DNA from: Thermoprotei archaeon
GTDB lineage: Archaea; Thermoproteota; Thermoprotei; Thermoproteales; B15-G16
Assembly (NCBI GenBank): GCA_003649205.1
Contig: QMRC01000002.1
Location: 259,482 to 323,481 of the forward strand
Length of the DNA stretch: 64,000 nucleotides
Reading direction: 5' to 3'
Shown here: one piece after another, positions 37,176 through 47,808 of the stretch
How positions within the stretch are numbered: the stretch's first letter is position 1
Layout of the letters: the number at the start of each line of letters is the position of its first letter
Notes under the pieces: generated by a model
Databases searched by the model: none
Seen by the model: only the letters and a program-made list of their open reading frames with translations
What the model was told of the DNA's origin: nothing
Made by a program: the position numbers and the translations under genes

Positions 37176-38234
37176 CTGTACGTTAAGGTTCTCTATCTTG
37201 GTGAGATTACGGAGATTACTGGTGTATTTATTGAAGCTTCGTGGAGACATGTTGATCTAAGTACCTTAGCACGTAGGAACACTGTTCCTAAGCTTGTATT
37301 CGCTAGTTCTGGTAGTGAGGTTAGTGAAGTGGAGATTCCAGTAGGTTCACGTATTGAGCTTAGGTATCTTGGTCGTAGGTTCTGTAGTAGATTTGTTCGA
37401 GGTAGGTACTGTCTAAATCCTTTGACTAGAGTTCGAACTGAAGCGCTTCCTTGGTGTGATAGGTGTCTTAGTGAGATTCCGAGTATAAAGTGTGTTTTGG
37501 GTGATCCTCAGTGTAGTGAGGAGGAGGCTCCAAAGTCTAGGAAGTGCGTCAATAGTGGTGTTTTTGAGGAGAGATGTAGGGTTCCCAGGTATCACTATGT
37601 ATTGATCTACCCTGTATCTCCGAGCTCTGTATACATCAAGGTTGGTATCAATAGGGAGACAACATTTCCTACTAGAGTACTTGAACAGGGAGCACCTATT
37701 GCTGTTGTGTATGCTAGGACACCAAATGTATGGAAGGGTAGGGTTCTTGAGCTTGGTTCTAGGGAGGTATTGAGGAAGTTAGAGGGTAGGTCTATTGCTG
37801 AGGGTATTCGTATTGCTCATGCTAGTGAAGTTAAGAAGACTCTAAGTGTTGTCTCTACATCGCTCAAGTACCTAGGATTACAGACATACTCTCTAGATAC
37901 TTTCCTACTCGGTACTACTGAGGCTAGTAATTTGCTGGATAAGCTGGTTAGTGTCGGTAGAGCGGTATGTAAGTACTTAGTGGAGCAGTTTCGTGAATTT
38001 GCTCTGGAGAATTCACTTGTACTCAATCTCTGGAGTCACGTATATCTCATCGATCAGAGTAAGCTAACGAGTAACTTCGTTGCTGTTGATAGTGTTGAGA
38101 GAATTTCTTCACTTGAGGGTGAAGTGGTTGGTTGGATAGGTTCAGTTATGTTGTTGAGGTGTAGAGATGCTCTATATCTACTTAACTTCCATAGGTTCTC
38201 TGGGTCGTTACTTAGGTTGCGAGTTACTCAATGA
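37176..38234 (+). CDS. DUF2797-like Cys-rich protein; start uncertain
   Basis: Cys clusters, YIKVGI and RVLEQGA; frame open upstream of GTG 37329 with CTG at 37176. Confidence 0.65.
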   Translation: MYVKVLYLGEITEITGVFIEASWRHVDLSTLARRNTVPKLVFASSGSEVSEVEIPVGSRIELRYLGRRFCSRFVRGRYCLNPLTRVRTEALPWCDRCLSEIPSIKCVLGDPQCSEEEAPKSRKCVNSGVFEERCRVPRYHYVLIYPVSPSSVYIKVGINRETTFPTRVLEQGAPIAVVYARTPNVWKGRVLELGSREVLRKLEGRSIAEGIRIAHASEVKKTLSVVSTSLKYLGLQTYSLDTFLLGTTEASNLLDKLVSVGRAVCKYLVEQFREFALENSLVLNLWSHVYLIDQSKLTSNFVAVDSVERISSLEGEVVGWIGSVMLLRCRDALYLLNFHRFSGSLLRLRVTQ

Positions 38235-38622
38235 GAACAGCGTTAACTACTCCGTCTTGTCCTGGTCGAGATGTTACTCTTGCTTTACCTACCTCGGTCT
38301 CTATGACTGATCCTTTCGTCACTATACCTCTCCTAGCGTACTCTCTGTTAGCTGGGTTCTCGAGAACTCTAATGATTCTAGCTTTTACACATTTCTTCTG
38401 TGATGGTATGTAGACGTTAGCGTAGGCTACTGTCTTCAGCTTTAGCTTGTTATTTCCTCCAAATGTTCTTTCGATCTTTAATCTATTCTCAGAACCAACC
38501 TTAGTCTCTGTAGGTGGTCCACCGCATAGACACTTTGGCTTGATCTTCTTGTGTTTACCCTTGATTCCACCAGATGGTTTTCTCAAGTCGTTACCCTGGA
38601 AGTAAGATGCTAACTTAGCCAT
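38224..38622 (-). CDS. rps8e: 30S ribosomal protein S8e
   Basis: RKPSGG, NPANREYARRG and VTSRPGQDGVVNAVL. Confidence 0.97.
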   Translation of the reverse strand: MAKLASYFQGNDLRKPSGGIKGKHKKIKPKCLCGGPPTETKVGSENRLKIERTFGGNNKLKLKTVAYANVYIPSQKKCVKARIIRVLENPANREYARRGIVTKGSVIETEVGKARVTSRPGQDGVVNAVLIE

Positions 38623-38682
38623 GTACCTACCCTACCTCAAGCTCTAGCTAGGTACTTGATCCCTAGGGGTTTTAATCATTTC

Positions 38683-39366
38683 CTACTTCACAGGTCTTTC
38701 CATATTCTCTCGAACTAGGTACCTAACGTAATTGAGTAAATCGAGGGAGAGCTCTCTTTTTCTCCTCAAGCAGGTAAGTACGGCGTTACTCAGTAGATTA
38801 ACTATGTACTTTATCTGTGGGTACAAACTGATGAACTTGGTTGTAGATCCGTATTCCTCGAGTACTATCTGGTGTATAAGTGCTTCAGCTACGTACTGTG
38901 CAACTTCTCTCACATTAACTAGGTTACTACCTGAAATTCCAACTCCAATGCACTTACCATCTACGTAAGCTACCTCTAGAACACGTTCATCAAGGACATT
39001 TAGGTGTATGTAGTGAAGTGGATAGAGACGACAGCTTAGTGGTCTAATACTATATACGCAACATGTCGGTACACCATGTGTAGTTCTCAGTAGGATACAG
39101 TACTTGTCATGTCTTAGCTTAATTACCTCACCTCCAAGTAGCTCCTCAACTACGCAGTACTTCTCAATGAACTTAACCGGACTTATCCCGAGGAAAGTAC
39201 TTATGCGATATATATCTCCGAGAGTTAGATTTGGACTATACTCTCTACAGCAGAATCCACATCTCATGCAGCGAAATGGTATGTAGTCACTCAGTAGAAC
39301 TCTTCTAAATCCCTGTAACCTATGTAGCTTATCCATGAGAGCGATCTGTTTTGTTGTGTAGTGCAT
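38683..39366 (-). CDS. YkgJ family cysteine-cluster protein
   Basis: FRCMRCGFCC and CVYSIRPLSCRLYP. Confidence 0.88.
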   Translation of the reverse strand: MHYTTKQIALMDKLHRLQGFRRVLLSDYIPFRCMRCGFCCREYSPNLTLGDIYRISTFLGISPVKFIEKYCVVEELLGGEVIKLRHDKYCILLRTTHGVPTCCVYSIRPLSCRLYPLHYIHLNVLDERVLEVAYVDGKCIGVGISGSNLVNVREVAQYVAEALIHQIVLEEYGSTTKFISLYPQIKYIVNLLSNAVLTCLRRKRELSLDLLNYVRYLVRENMERPVK

Positions 39367-39455
39367 CTCGTACTCCTCACAACGCTCTAGTTACCTCTCA
39401 TTGGGTTAGAGCTAAATTATACCTTACGTTACGTAGCTATTGGTGGTGTTTGATT

Positions 39456-40748
39456 TTGAGTGAGAAACCTAGGTGGTTACAGATTTTCGAGGAGATTAAG
39501 GAGTTTCTGGATAGGTACGATCCAGAGCGCAGATTCTCATTTACTGGTGATCTACATGAGAAGTTCATGAAGTTGAGAGAGGACTTTAGGACAGAGTACG
39601 TGATGTCTTATGTAGGTAGTGAGCTTGGTAAGGCTAGTGAGTGGGTTCAGCAGCTCTGTCGTAGGATTGAGGAAGTTAGCAAGCTCTTTGGGTTATCCAC
39701 GGTATTGCTCTCTAAGGAGCTTAAGAGCTTTGTTGAGAATCCTCTAGCTCACTTGAAGAGTAAGATATTCAACTACATGTACGATCTCTTCAGAGGTAAG
39801 GTGACACCTGAAGAATTTGATAGAGTAGCGTCAGCAGCTATTAGGACTAGTCTACGTACTAACTTGAGGACTGTGTACCAGGACTGGGTCTTCTTGACCT
39901 TGCTGAAGCTTCTTGGTGAGAGAGGAGGTAGGTTGGTGTACCCTGAACATCGTGCTCTCTCACTTGAGAGGCATGGTAAGCAGAAAGCTGGTTGGATACC
40001 ACCTAACGCGATTATTAGGTTTGAAGATGGGAGAGCACTTAGTTTCTTCTTGGAGGCTCCTCGACCTATTGGATGGGAAGATACTGAGGATCTAGTTAGA
40101 GCTTGGAAGCTCTATGTCGCGCTTAGACCTGATATGATGCTGTACTCAGGTGAAGTACATAACATAATCCAGCTGGATAGTGATCCACCAATCAAGAGAC
40201 CTAACGTAATTATCGAATGTAAGGAACTCGATGACTGGTACGTAAGGGTCAGGTACATTAGAGGTCCATTTGCTAAACCACTAACTGCTGAGGAGTGGCG
40301 CTCTAAGTGGCTTAGAGGTCTCTGGGATGGTTTAGCTGATGTACTCGGTATTCAACGTAGTGAAGTTGTTAAGCATGTTGAGGAGAAGAAATCACTTAAG
40401 CTAAGTGACCAGCAGATAGTTGCTCTCTACAAATCTGTTTACAGACCTGATAGGATGTTTGTGATTTCTAGAGCTAGAGTACCTAGTTTCGTGAAGTCAA
40501 ATCTAGAGAACTACGGTATCACTGTCATTGATGATGTCATGTTTGATGAGGAGAGGCTTGAGGAGCTTGTTAATTACCTACATCGTGAAGTAGCTAGGGT
40601 GAGTATGGGTAAACCCGTTCTTGAGATGGATGAGGAGCTGTATGATTTAGTGGTGAAGGTTTGGAGAGAGTTGGAAAGTAGGTTAGGTAGGAGGTTGAGT
40701 TTGAGCGAAGCTTTGAAGTATGTTTTGAAGAGTTTCTTAAGTAAGTAA
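39456..40748 (+). CDS. Hypothetical protein with a possible PD-(D/E)XK nuclease core
   Basis: YQDW..LRPD..IIECKE; C-terminal RHH-like tail; TTG 39456 likelier than 39351. Confidence 0.55.
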   Translation: MSEKPRWLQIFEEIKEFLDRYDPERRFSFTGDLHEKFMKLREDFRTEYVMSYVGSELGKASEWVQQLCRRIEEVSKLFGLSTVLLSKELKSFVENPLAHLKSKIFNYMYDLFRGKVTPEEFDRVASAAIRTSLRTNLRTVYQDWVFLTLLKLLGERGGRLVYPEHRALSLERHGKQKAGWIPPNAIIRFEDGRALSFFLEAPRPIGWEDTEDLVRAWKLYVALRPDMMLYSGEVHNIIQLDSDPPIKRPNVIIECKELDDWYVRVRYIRGPFAKPLTAEEWRSKWLRGLWDGLADVLGIQRSEVVKHVEEKKSLKLSDQQIVALYKSVYRPDRMFVISRARVPSFVKSNLENYGITVIDDVMFDEERLEELVNYLHREVARVSMGKPVLEMDEELYDLVVKVWRELESRLGRRLSLSEALKYVLKSFLSK

Positions 40749-40845
40749 CTCCTTAGTGAGAACTTATTTGTAGGAATTTGTGATAGCGCTCGTCCCGCGA
40801 CTGATCTGTGATTTAGTGATTGAAGGGTGTTGCTGGGGTGGTGTC

Positions 40846-41373
40846 ATGAGATTGACAACTAGCCTTAAGGTAAGCTTGACGGCGCTCATGAGTAGCCTTG
40901 CGGCTGCTTTTCAGGTAGCTGGTTTGGAAGTACCATTTCCACTACTTCCCTTTCTCAAGTATGACCCTGTTGGTGTACCAATAATACTGGTATCGCTTAT
41001 AGTTGGTATCAAGGGTGGTATCGTAGCTGACTTGTTAACGGCTATAGCCATAATGTTTCGTGGTGATATTGTTGGTGCCTGGATGAAGTTCCTAGCTGAG
41101 TTAACTACGTTTGTCCCCTTTACACTGGCTTTTAGGAAGCTACCTGAATCGAGGATTAAGTACATCGGTAGTACAGCTATTGGCGTTGTATCGAGAGTCA
41201 TCTTGATGAACGTTGCTAACATAATTGTGTGTCCCATAGTGTTCAAGGTACCTTTATCGGTTGCTCTCTCATGGATACCTCTCATCAGTTTCTTCAATGC
41301 AACGATAGCACTTATGTACATACCCGTCAGTCTCTATCTCTATAAGCTAGTTAGGAAGGTACTTGAGGAATAG
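40846..41373 (+). CDS. ECF transporter S component
   Basis: PFLKYDP motif, 5-6 TM helices, abuts ecfT. Confidence 0.8.
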   Translation: MRLTTSLKVSLTALMSSLAAAFQVAGLEVPFPLLPFLKYDPVGVPIILVSLIVGIKGGIVADLLTAIAIMFRGDIVGAWMKFLAELTTFVPFTLAFRKLPESRIKYIGSTAIGVVSRVILMNVANIIVCPIVFKVPLSVALSWIPLISFFNATIALMYIPVSLYLYKLVRKVLEE

Positions 41374-42135
41374 CTATGGTACGTACAGCCCGAACTCAAT
41401 GAGTACCAACGGTATTAGTGGAGCTAATGTAAGTAAGAAGAGTACATCACAGTACCTAAGCTTTGGTACATCTCTAAAGCTCTTTAGCCTACTTGAGTAG
41501 TGTCTCAGCTCTAGTACCTCAGCTACGTTATGTGCTCTCTCAATGTACCACAGTATCAGGGGTGTGAGCACGTTCCTGAGGTAGTTGACCTTCTGTGTTA
41601 GTGATGTACCTCTAAGTGTGTAACCTCTCAAGTTCATAGCTTCCTTAACGTGTTGTACATCTTCAATAGCTGTTGGTACGAATCTTAATGTCAAGATCGT
41701 ACTCTCTACGATTGATGGTGGGAGACCTAGCTTGTAGAGTAGGTACCTCATGTGAGCTGGTTTAGTAGTACAGAGTAGGAGGACTATGGTGCTTATAGCT
41801 ACCATGAACTTAAATGCTATCGTACCTACAGTAACTAGTGCTTTACTGATCTCAACACCGTGTAGTAATGTAAGTGACGCGAAGTATATCGTAGTGAAAG
41901 CTGTGATAATTGGTGATACAGTAATGAGCACTGTAAGGACTTTCCTCCATACTTTTCCTATAAGTGTCAATGTAGTTGTTACCACGGCTAGGTAGACAGT
42001 AGTCATTGTATGACCTAGAAATAATGCTATCATTAGCGAGATGGTGTAGGCTAACTTCGCCCTAATGTCGAGCTTATGAACTGGTGTCTCCAGATGCTCA
42101 TACACTAAGCTTGCTCTTATGTAGTTCAAGAACAT
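41374..42135 (-). CDS. ecfT: ECF transmembrane T component
   Basis: HKLDIRAK, LRFVP, LRG and LRHY motifs. Confidence 0.88.
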   Translation of the reverse strand: MFLNYIRASLVYEHLETPVHKLDIRAKLAYTISLMIALFLGHTMTTVYLAVVTTTLTLIGKVWRKVLTVLITVSPIITAFTTIYFASLTLLHGVEISKALVTVGTIAFKFMVAISTIVLLLCTTKPAHMRYLLYKLGLPPSIVESTILTLRFVPTAIEDVQHVKEAMNLRGYTLRGTSLTQKVNYLRNVLTPLILWYIERAHNVAEVLELRHYSSRLKSFRDVPKLRYCDVLFLLTLAPLIPLVLIEFGLYVP

Positions 42136-42955
42136 ACCTCAGATACCTAGCTACGTCCTCAAATCTAAAAGGTCTACCCTTAAGACCAATCGCTGCATTT
42201 ACCTTCTCAACTACCTCAATTATCTGTGGTTTCACAAGACCATACTTCTCAAGAACTTCACTAGGCCGATACATCACATCTTCAGGTCTTCCTGATAACA
42301 CTACCTGTCCAGCGTATATCAGGTAGATCCTATCTACGTCGAGTAACGTCAAGAAGTCCATGTCGTGAGTAATCACAATTACTGAACCAATTGAGGACTT
42401 TAGGCTATTCAAAATACTAGCAATCTTCTCCTTACAACAGTAGTCTAACCCTATCGTTGGCTCGTCAACGATCAATAGCTTTGGATTACGAGCAATAGCT
42501 ATAGCAATCGCTAATCTCTTCTGCTCGCCCCAAGACAACTTAAATGGATTTTTATCAAGATACTCCTCTAGACCAACCTCTTCGAGTAGCTTAGCTATGT
42601 CTTCATCACTGGTCTTCATTCCTAAACTCTCGAGAGTTGACTTAAGTTCATCTCTAACAGTTACGTTGCAGAATATGTGCTTTGGATTTTGAGGTACGTA
42701 ACCGATTAACTTTGCTAACTCATTCCAGGACCACTCCTTGATATCTCTACCAAAGAGCCTAACGGTACCCTTACTTGGTCTCGCTAATCCCATTATGATC
42801 TTGGCCAAGGTAGTCTTACCTGAGCCATTAGGCCCTACGATAGCTACTAACTCAGCTTCATGTACGACAATGTTAATGCTCCTAAGGACGTAATCTTGCT
42901 CAGGTAAGTACTTGAACCAGACATCACGTAGCACTACAACTTCTCTAGAATGCAC
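42098..42955 (-). CDS. ECF ATPase A'
   Basis: GPNGSGKT, QNP and NPFKLSWGEQKR. Confidence 0.88.
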   Translation of the reverse strand: MHSREVVVLRDVWFKYLPEQDYVLRSINIVVHEAELVAIVGPNGSGKTTLAKIIMGLARPSKGTVRLFGRDIKEWSWNELAKLIGYVPQNPKHIFCNVTVRDELKSTLESLGMKTSDEDIAKLLEEVGLEEYLDKNPFKLSWGEQKRLAIAIAIARNPKLLIVDEPTIGLDYCCKEKIASILNSLKSSIGSVIVITHDMDFLTLLDVDRIYLIYAGQVVLSGRPEDVMYRPSEVLEKYGLVKPQIIEVVEKVNAAIGLKGRPFRFEDVARYLRYVLELHKSKLSV

Positions 42956-43779
42956 TTAACCACCTCCTTAGCAAAGTCATCAGGATTAAGTGGTACCTTA
43001 CCTATTCTACCCAAGTACTTCCATAGTCTTACAATGTAGGGATCCCCTACATTAGCTTTCAGTAAGTAATCACCTTCAAGAGCAGACCCAACATCACCGA
43101 AGTACAGTACCTTACCATTGTGAAGTACTATGACCTTACTACTGTGGGGCATGACTAGCTCTAACCTGTGTTCAGCAATCACTACAGTTATGCCGTGTTC
43201 ATGGTGAATTCTCACAACTTCATTGATGAGCTTCTTAGATGTCAAAGGATCTAGCCACGTACTTGGCTCGTCTAGAACCAAGATCTCAGGTAGTTGAACC
43301 AGCGCAGTAGCTAAGACAACTCTCTGCTTTTCACCACCTGATAGTTCAAATGTTCTCCTATACCTAATACCCTCAAGACCAAGTAACTTAGCAACCCACT
43401 CAACTCTCTCCACGATAACACTAGGTGGTAAACCTAAGTTCTCAAGAGGGTAAGCTAGCTCATCCTCCGTTATCAGCATCAGTATCTGGGCTTCTGGATC
43501 CTGAAATACAGCAGCGACCTTACTCGTGACTTCAGCTATATCAGAAGTGGATACATCAAGGCCGCACACAGTGATCTTCCCACGTAGTTCACCACCATAG
43601 AAATGAGGTATGAGACCTGTTAGACATCGAAGTAAAGTTGTCTTACCTGAACCGGAACAACCAATCACTAGTACGAAATCTCCCCTCTCAATACTTAGGT
43701 TAATACCACGAAGAACCCAATCCCCTCTCTTAGAGTACCTATACCAAACATCCTCAAAAGTAATGACTACATCACCCAT
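42934..43779 (-). CDS. ECF ATPase A
   Basis: GCSGSGKT, FQDPEAQ, LSGGEKQR and EHR. Confidence 0.88.
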   Translation of the reverse strand: MGDVVITFEDVWYRYSKRGDWVLRGINLSIERGDFVLVIGCSGSGKTTLLRCLTGLIPHFYGGELRGKITVCGLDVSTSDIAEVTSKVAAVFQDPEAQILMLITEDELAYPLENLGLPPSVIVERVEWVAKLLGLEGIRYRRTFELSGGEKQRVVLATALVQLPEILVLDEPSTWLDPLTSKKLINEVVRIHHEHGITVVIAEHRLELVMPHSSKVIVLHNGKVLYFGDVGSALEGDYLLKANVGDPYIVRLWKYLGRIGKVPLNPDDFAKEVVKCILEKL

Positions 43780-44749
43780 TGTACTCCCTCAGTACACGAA
43801 CTAGCTCTCTAAGGAATAAACCGACATCAGTAACTACACCTCTAATTTGTGTACTACCTCTATCGTAGACTCTAGCTATGACAGCTGGGTTGATGTCAAC
43901 AAATACAACCTTAACGTGATAGGGTAGCATATTGCAAATGCCAATTCCAAGGAGCATCGTAGCTAGGACAAGAACTAGGTCAACTCCTTTAACAATTTCC
44001 TCACGAATTACGTCTTGAGCTTTAACCATGTCCGTTATTGTGTCCTTTAGAGGACCATCATCCCTAATAGAGCCAACGATAATGTACTTGACACCACGCT
44101 TAATACACTCATATAGCACACCATCACGAACGATACCTAGCTCAACAGCTTTAGCTATTGAACCGCAGGAATTGATCTTATTGATAGTCCACACGTGAGT
44201 AGCGTGGTGAACATATTTACCATCTCTCAGCGACACCCCAAGTGATGTACCGAAGATCGATGCCTCGAGATCATGAACAGCAAAACCATTACCAACTACC
44301 AAAACATCAACATAACCCATTCGAACTAATTCAGCGAGTGCATCTCTACCACCTGAATGAATAACTGCAGGACCAGCAGCAACAAAAACTCTACCACCCC
44401 TCCTCTTGACATTAATCAGCTCCTCAGCAGTCTCCCTAATGACTAAGTACGTAGGTCTCTCAGTAGATACTGGACTAGTCATGAAGCGAAAACCAGGTTC
44501 CTCCTCAATAACTCCTTTCTCACCAACGACAACTAGCATACCCTTCTTAACCTTTCTAGGTTCAAGAGAGTAAGCTTCCTTCTTCACAGGATCGACAACG
44601 ATACAGCAGTCCATCCTAACATTCTTAACCTCAATCTTCTCTCCATTTAGTATTATCCACGTCCTCTTATTGCTAGTAACGTAGAATCCATCAGGTAGAA
44701 CACCATCGTCAGGAGCTGGCTTCAGTTCAACGCTTTCCATAGGTGACAC
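43772..44749 (-). CDS. TIGR00300 family (LOR/SDH domain, ornithine cyclodeaminase-like)
   Basis: DGVLPDGFY, FRFMTSPVSTE, GPAVIHSG and GSIRDDGPL. Confidence 0.88.
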   Translation of the reverse strand: MSPMESVELKPAPDDGVLPDGFYVTSNKRTWIILNGEKIEVKNVRMDCCIVVDPVKKEAYSLEPRKVKKGMLVVVGEKGVIEEEPGFRFMTSPVSTERPTYLVIRETAEELINVKRRGGRVFVAAGPAVIHSGGRDALAELVRMGYVDVLVVGNGFAVHDLEASIFGTSLGVSLRDGKYVHHATHVWTINKINSCGSIAKAVELGIVRDGVLYECIKRGVKYIIVGSIRDDGPLKDTITDMVKAQDVIREEIVKGVDLVLVLATMLLGIGICNMLPYHVKVVFVDINPAVIARVYDRGSTQIRGVVTDVGLFLRELVRVLREYNG

Positions 44750-44806
44750 CTCAGTACATTGATCAATTAAGTATTTTAGATTTAGGTCAAGTACGTGTAC
44801 TAGTGT

Positions 44807-46726
44807 ATGAGTATTGGGAAGAGAAGTAGGGTAAGGGAAGTTGTTCGGGAAGTATTTAGGAGGAAGGCTTTTAGATTCGGTTGGTGTAGTACCTGTAGAT
44901 CCTATGTACTTAGGGTAAGTACCTGTCCTGTATGCGGTAATTCTGTTAAGTTCATAGATGCTACGTTACCTAGAGATGTTAGGTTAGCTCACGAGTACGA
45001 TATTGAAGTTACGAGAGAAGCAATTGCTAGGTCATGTGGGGTATCATCTGAGTACCTCGATAGGGTGCTACCACGTTCAGGTACCGTACTACTGAACAAG
45101 GTTCAGTACGTTGATGCTGCTGATGAGGTTATCGTTAGTGGGTACATCATTGGTACCAGGTTCTTTGATTTGTTAAGGCAAGAGTGGGTATTTAGGCCAC
45201 AGTACGAATTTGCTTCGTTGATTATTCGAGAGAAGATAGGCTACTACGGTATTGTTAGAGGGAGTAGGTTAAGTGTAGGTGAAGTTATCGAGCGTAGTGA
45301 TGTGCTTGAAGGCGATTTACCTAGTGATGTTGGTTACTATGTTCCTCTAGAGACGAGAGATGGTAAGTTTCAGGGTGTAGGTAGAGTAGTTGGTAAGGAC
45401 AGATTGAAGGTTGTTAAGACATGGTCTAGTGTTGAACCACTTGAGCTAGAGGGTACGTGTACTGTAGATCGTATTATTGAGGTAAATGCTACGGTACTTG
45501 AAGCTCTTGAAAGAGATTCGCTGAAATTCATTGAGAGTTGCCTCAGGAAGTACTCAACATATGTTCCCTTAGTGACGTTCTCTGGTGGAAAGGATAGTAC
45601 AGTCGTGCTACACCTATCTTCTCAGGTAGGTGTTAGGGAAGCTATATTTAATGATACGGGTCTGGAATTTCCAGAGACGTACAGGAATGTAGATGACGTA
45701 GCTAGCAAACTCGATGTTGTGGTGCACATTGCATCTGCTGGGGATACTTTCTGGAATTTACTTAAGAAGTTCGGTCCACCAGCTAGAGACTACAGATGGT
45801 GTACGAGAGCCTGTAAGCTAGTACCAATGGCGAGAAAGGTTAGGGAGCTCTATGGTTCGAGACCCATCATGAGTATTGTTGGTCAGAGAATGTATGAGTC
45901 AGTGCAGAGAGCATTAGCTGGTAGAGTGAGTACAGGAAACCCAATCATACCGAAGAACATACTCATATCACCAATATACTACTGGACAGCACTGGAAGTA
46001 CAGCTATACGCAAAGCTCAGGAAACTACCACTCAATGAACTGTACCTCAAAGGATTTGAACGAGTAGGTTGCTGGCTCTGCCCAACATCTAGACTTGCTG
46101 AGTTCAAGATAGTTGAGACGTCTTATCCAAATCTATGGTCAAAGTGGAGAGGTTACTTACTCAAGTATGCACGAGTGAAGAAATTACCACGAGAATGGGT
46201 TGAGTATGGCCTTTGGAGGTGGAGGTTCAAGTACCCAGGAGATGTAGCAAACTTAGTTAAGAAACTTGGGTACAGACCAAGTGACCTTCTTGAGAAGACA
46301 GCAATTACGAGGTGTATCATCACGGAGAACATCAGGATTGGCGAGGTACATAGCCTAGGTATAGTGATGGTAAATTGTTGTGAAATGAATTTAGGTGAGC
46401 TATGTAAGTACCTAAGCAAGATACCTGGAACAACAACCTGTAAACAGCTATCTGATACTGTGATCGTACTTGAGAACAGATTAGGTAAGGCAACAGTATT
46501 CAGTACGGGTAGGGTATCAGTACAATGTAGCTCCCTGGAGAGCTGCTTCAAGCTCCTAACTGAGATCGCTAAGTGCATAGCTAAGCTAAAATGCTGTAGT
46601 GAGTGTGGTCTTTGTACTGGGTTTGGAGAGGATTCAACTAGGGGGTGCCCAGTTATAAGTGCTTACGTAGCTAGTGTTGAGAGGCAGGTAAGGGAGAAGA
46701 CCGCACATGTAAGGTCTACTCACTGA
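44807..46726 (+). CDS. PAPS reductase family Fe-S protein
   Basis: SGGKDS, RWCTRACK and RVGCWLCP; N-terminal Zn ribbon. Confidence 0.85.
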   Translation: MSIGKRSRVREVVREVFRRKAFRFGWCSTCRSYVLRVSTCPVCGNSVKFIDATLPRDVRLAHEYDIEVTREAIARSCGVSSEYLDRVLPRSGTVLLNKVQYVDAADEVIVSGYIIGTRFFDLLRQEWVFRPQYEFASLIIREKIGYYGIVRGSRLSVGEVIERSDVLEGDLPSDVGYYVPLETRDGKFQGVGRVVGKDRLKVVKTWSSVEPLELEGTCTVDRIIEVNATVLEALERDSLKFIESCLRKYSTYVPLVTFSGGKDSTVVLHLSSQVGVREAIFNDTGLEFPETYRNVDDVASKLDVVVHIASAGDTFWNLLKKFGPPARDYRWCTRACKLVPMARKVRELYGSRPIMSIVGQRMYESVQRALAGRVSTGNPIIPKNILISPIYYWTALEVQLYAKLRKLPLNELYLKGFERVGCWLCPTSRLAEFKIVETSYPNLWSKWRGYLLKYARVKKLPREWVEYGLWRWRFKYPGDVANLVKKLGYRPSDLLEKTAITRCIITENIRIGEVHSLGIVMVNCCEMNLGELCKYLSKIPGTTTCKQLSDTVIVLENRLGKATVFSTGRVSVQCSSLESCFKLLTEIAKCIAKLKCCSECGLCTGFGEDSTRGCPVISAYVASVERQVREKTAHVRSTH

Positions 46727-46788
46727 GCTAATGAGATCCCGATTGAGTAGTGATAAATCTCGACTAAGTACCACGTCCTTTAAGGACT

Positions 46789-47808
46789 ATGTGTTACCTA
46801 GCTAGGTTAGGTTACGAGAGCTGTAACTGCTTAATTGATGGTAGGAAACCCTGTGAGGTGGGTTTACGTTACGAGAATGGTAAGGTGTATAGGTTGGTGT
46901 ATGACATTCAGCTGAGTAGACCAGAGGATTACCTATCGATCTATCAGTCATGCTGTAACCATGACTGTAAGATGTGTCATAGCTTCTACTTCTCAAGGAA
47001 ACCGGTGGGTAAGTGGATGTCACCAGAGGACATAGTTGACGTTGTTCGCAATTACGTGAAGAGAATAACGGTTTGGGAGCCTAGGGATAGGGCAACTATG
47101 TGGCATGCGAGCGACCTCTGCATGCACTGTGGTTCATGTGTACTACGTGGTGAACCAGGGCCATTCTGTCCACGAAGACTTGAGCCATGGCAGGTAACTC
47201 TCTCAGAGCAGGGCTTTGGTCCTGCTCGTAATATCGTCTCATTCACTGGTGGTGATCTCTTGTGTAGACCGGAGTTCTACACTAAGGTATTTGAGCTAAT
47301 TAAGAGTGAGGTGAAGAATGTCTGGGTTAAGGTTGAGACTAATGGTTATGGTCTCGTGAAGGAAATAGTTGAGGAGTACGCTACTGCTGGTCTTGACTCT
47401 GTTTGGCTTGATCTAAAGGCCTTTAGTGAGGATGTATACAGATGGTTGACAGGTACTACCAATAGGTGGGTGTTAAAGGTTCCTGAACTACTTCTCGAAC
47501 ACAATATCGTTCTCGAAATTGTTCTACTCTACATACCTGGTGTCGTTGAGCTTGATGAATTGGGAAAGTTCGGTAAGTACATTGCTGATATTGATCCAGA
47601 GATACCTGTCATGTTACTCGCTTACTTTCCTCGGTATAAGCTGAGTAATAGGGAACCTACATTGCTTGAGATGGTTAGGGGGTACCACGTACTGATTGAT
47701 GCTGGTTTAAAGAGAGTTAAGGTTGGTAATTGCTCAGTATTCTGTAAGACTGCCAGTGATTGGGAACTTCTCCTAACATTACTACCCAAAGATGCTATTG
47801 CTGGATAG
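46789..47808 (+). CDS. Radical SAM protein (PFL-activase-like)
   Basis: CNHDCKMC, FTGGD and ETNG; extra CxxCxxC...C insert. Confidence 0.88.
   Translation: MCYLARLGYESCNCLIDGRKPCEVGLRYENGKVYRLVYDIQLSRPEDYLSIYQSCCNHDCKMCHSFYFSRKPVGKWMSPEDIVDVVRNYVKRITVWEPRDRATMWHASDLCMHCGSCVLRGEPGPFCPRRLEPWQVTLSEQGFGPARNIVSFTGGDLLCRPEFYTKVFELIKSEVKNVWVKVETNGYGLVKEIVEEYATAGLDSVWLDLKAFSEDVYRWLTGTTNRWVLKVPELLLEHNIVLEIVLLYIPGVVELDELGKFGKYIADIDPEIPVMLLAYFPRYKLSNREPTLLEMVRGYHVLIDAGLKRVKVGNCSVFCKTASDWELLLTLLPKDAIAG

Noticed and set aside
40780-40804. C/D half unit GTGATAG..CTGA
   Set aside because: Only half a unit, with no convincing upstream C/D' pair
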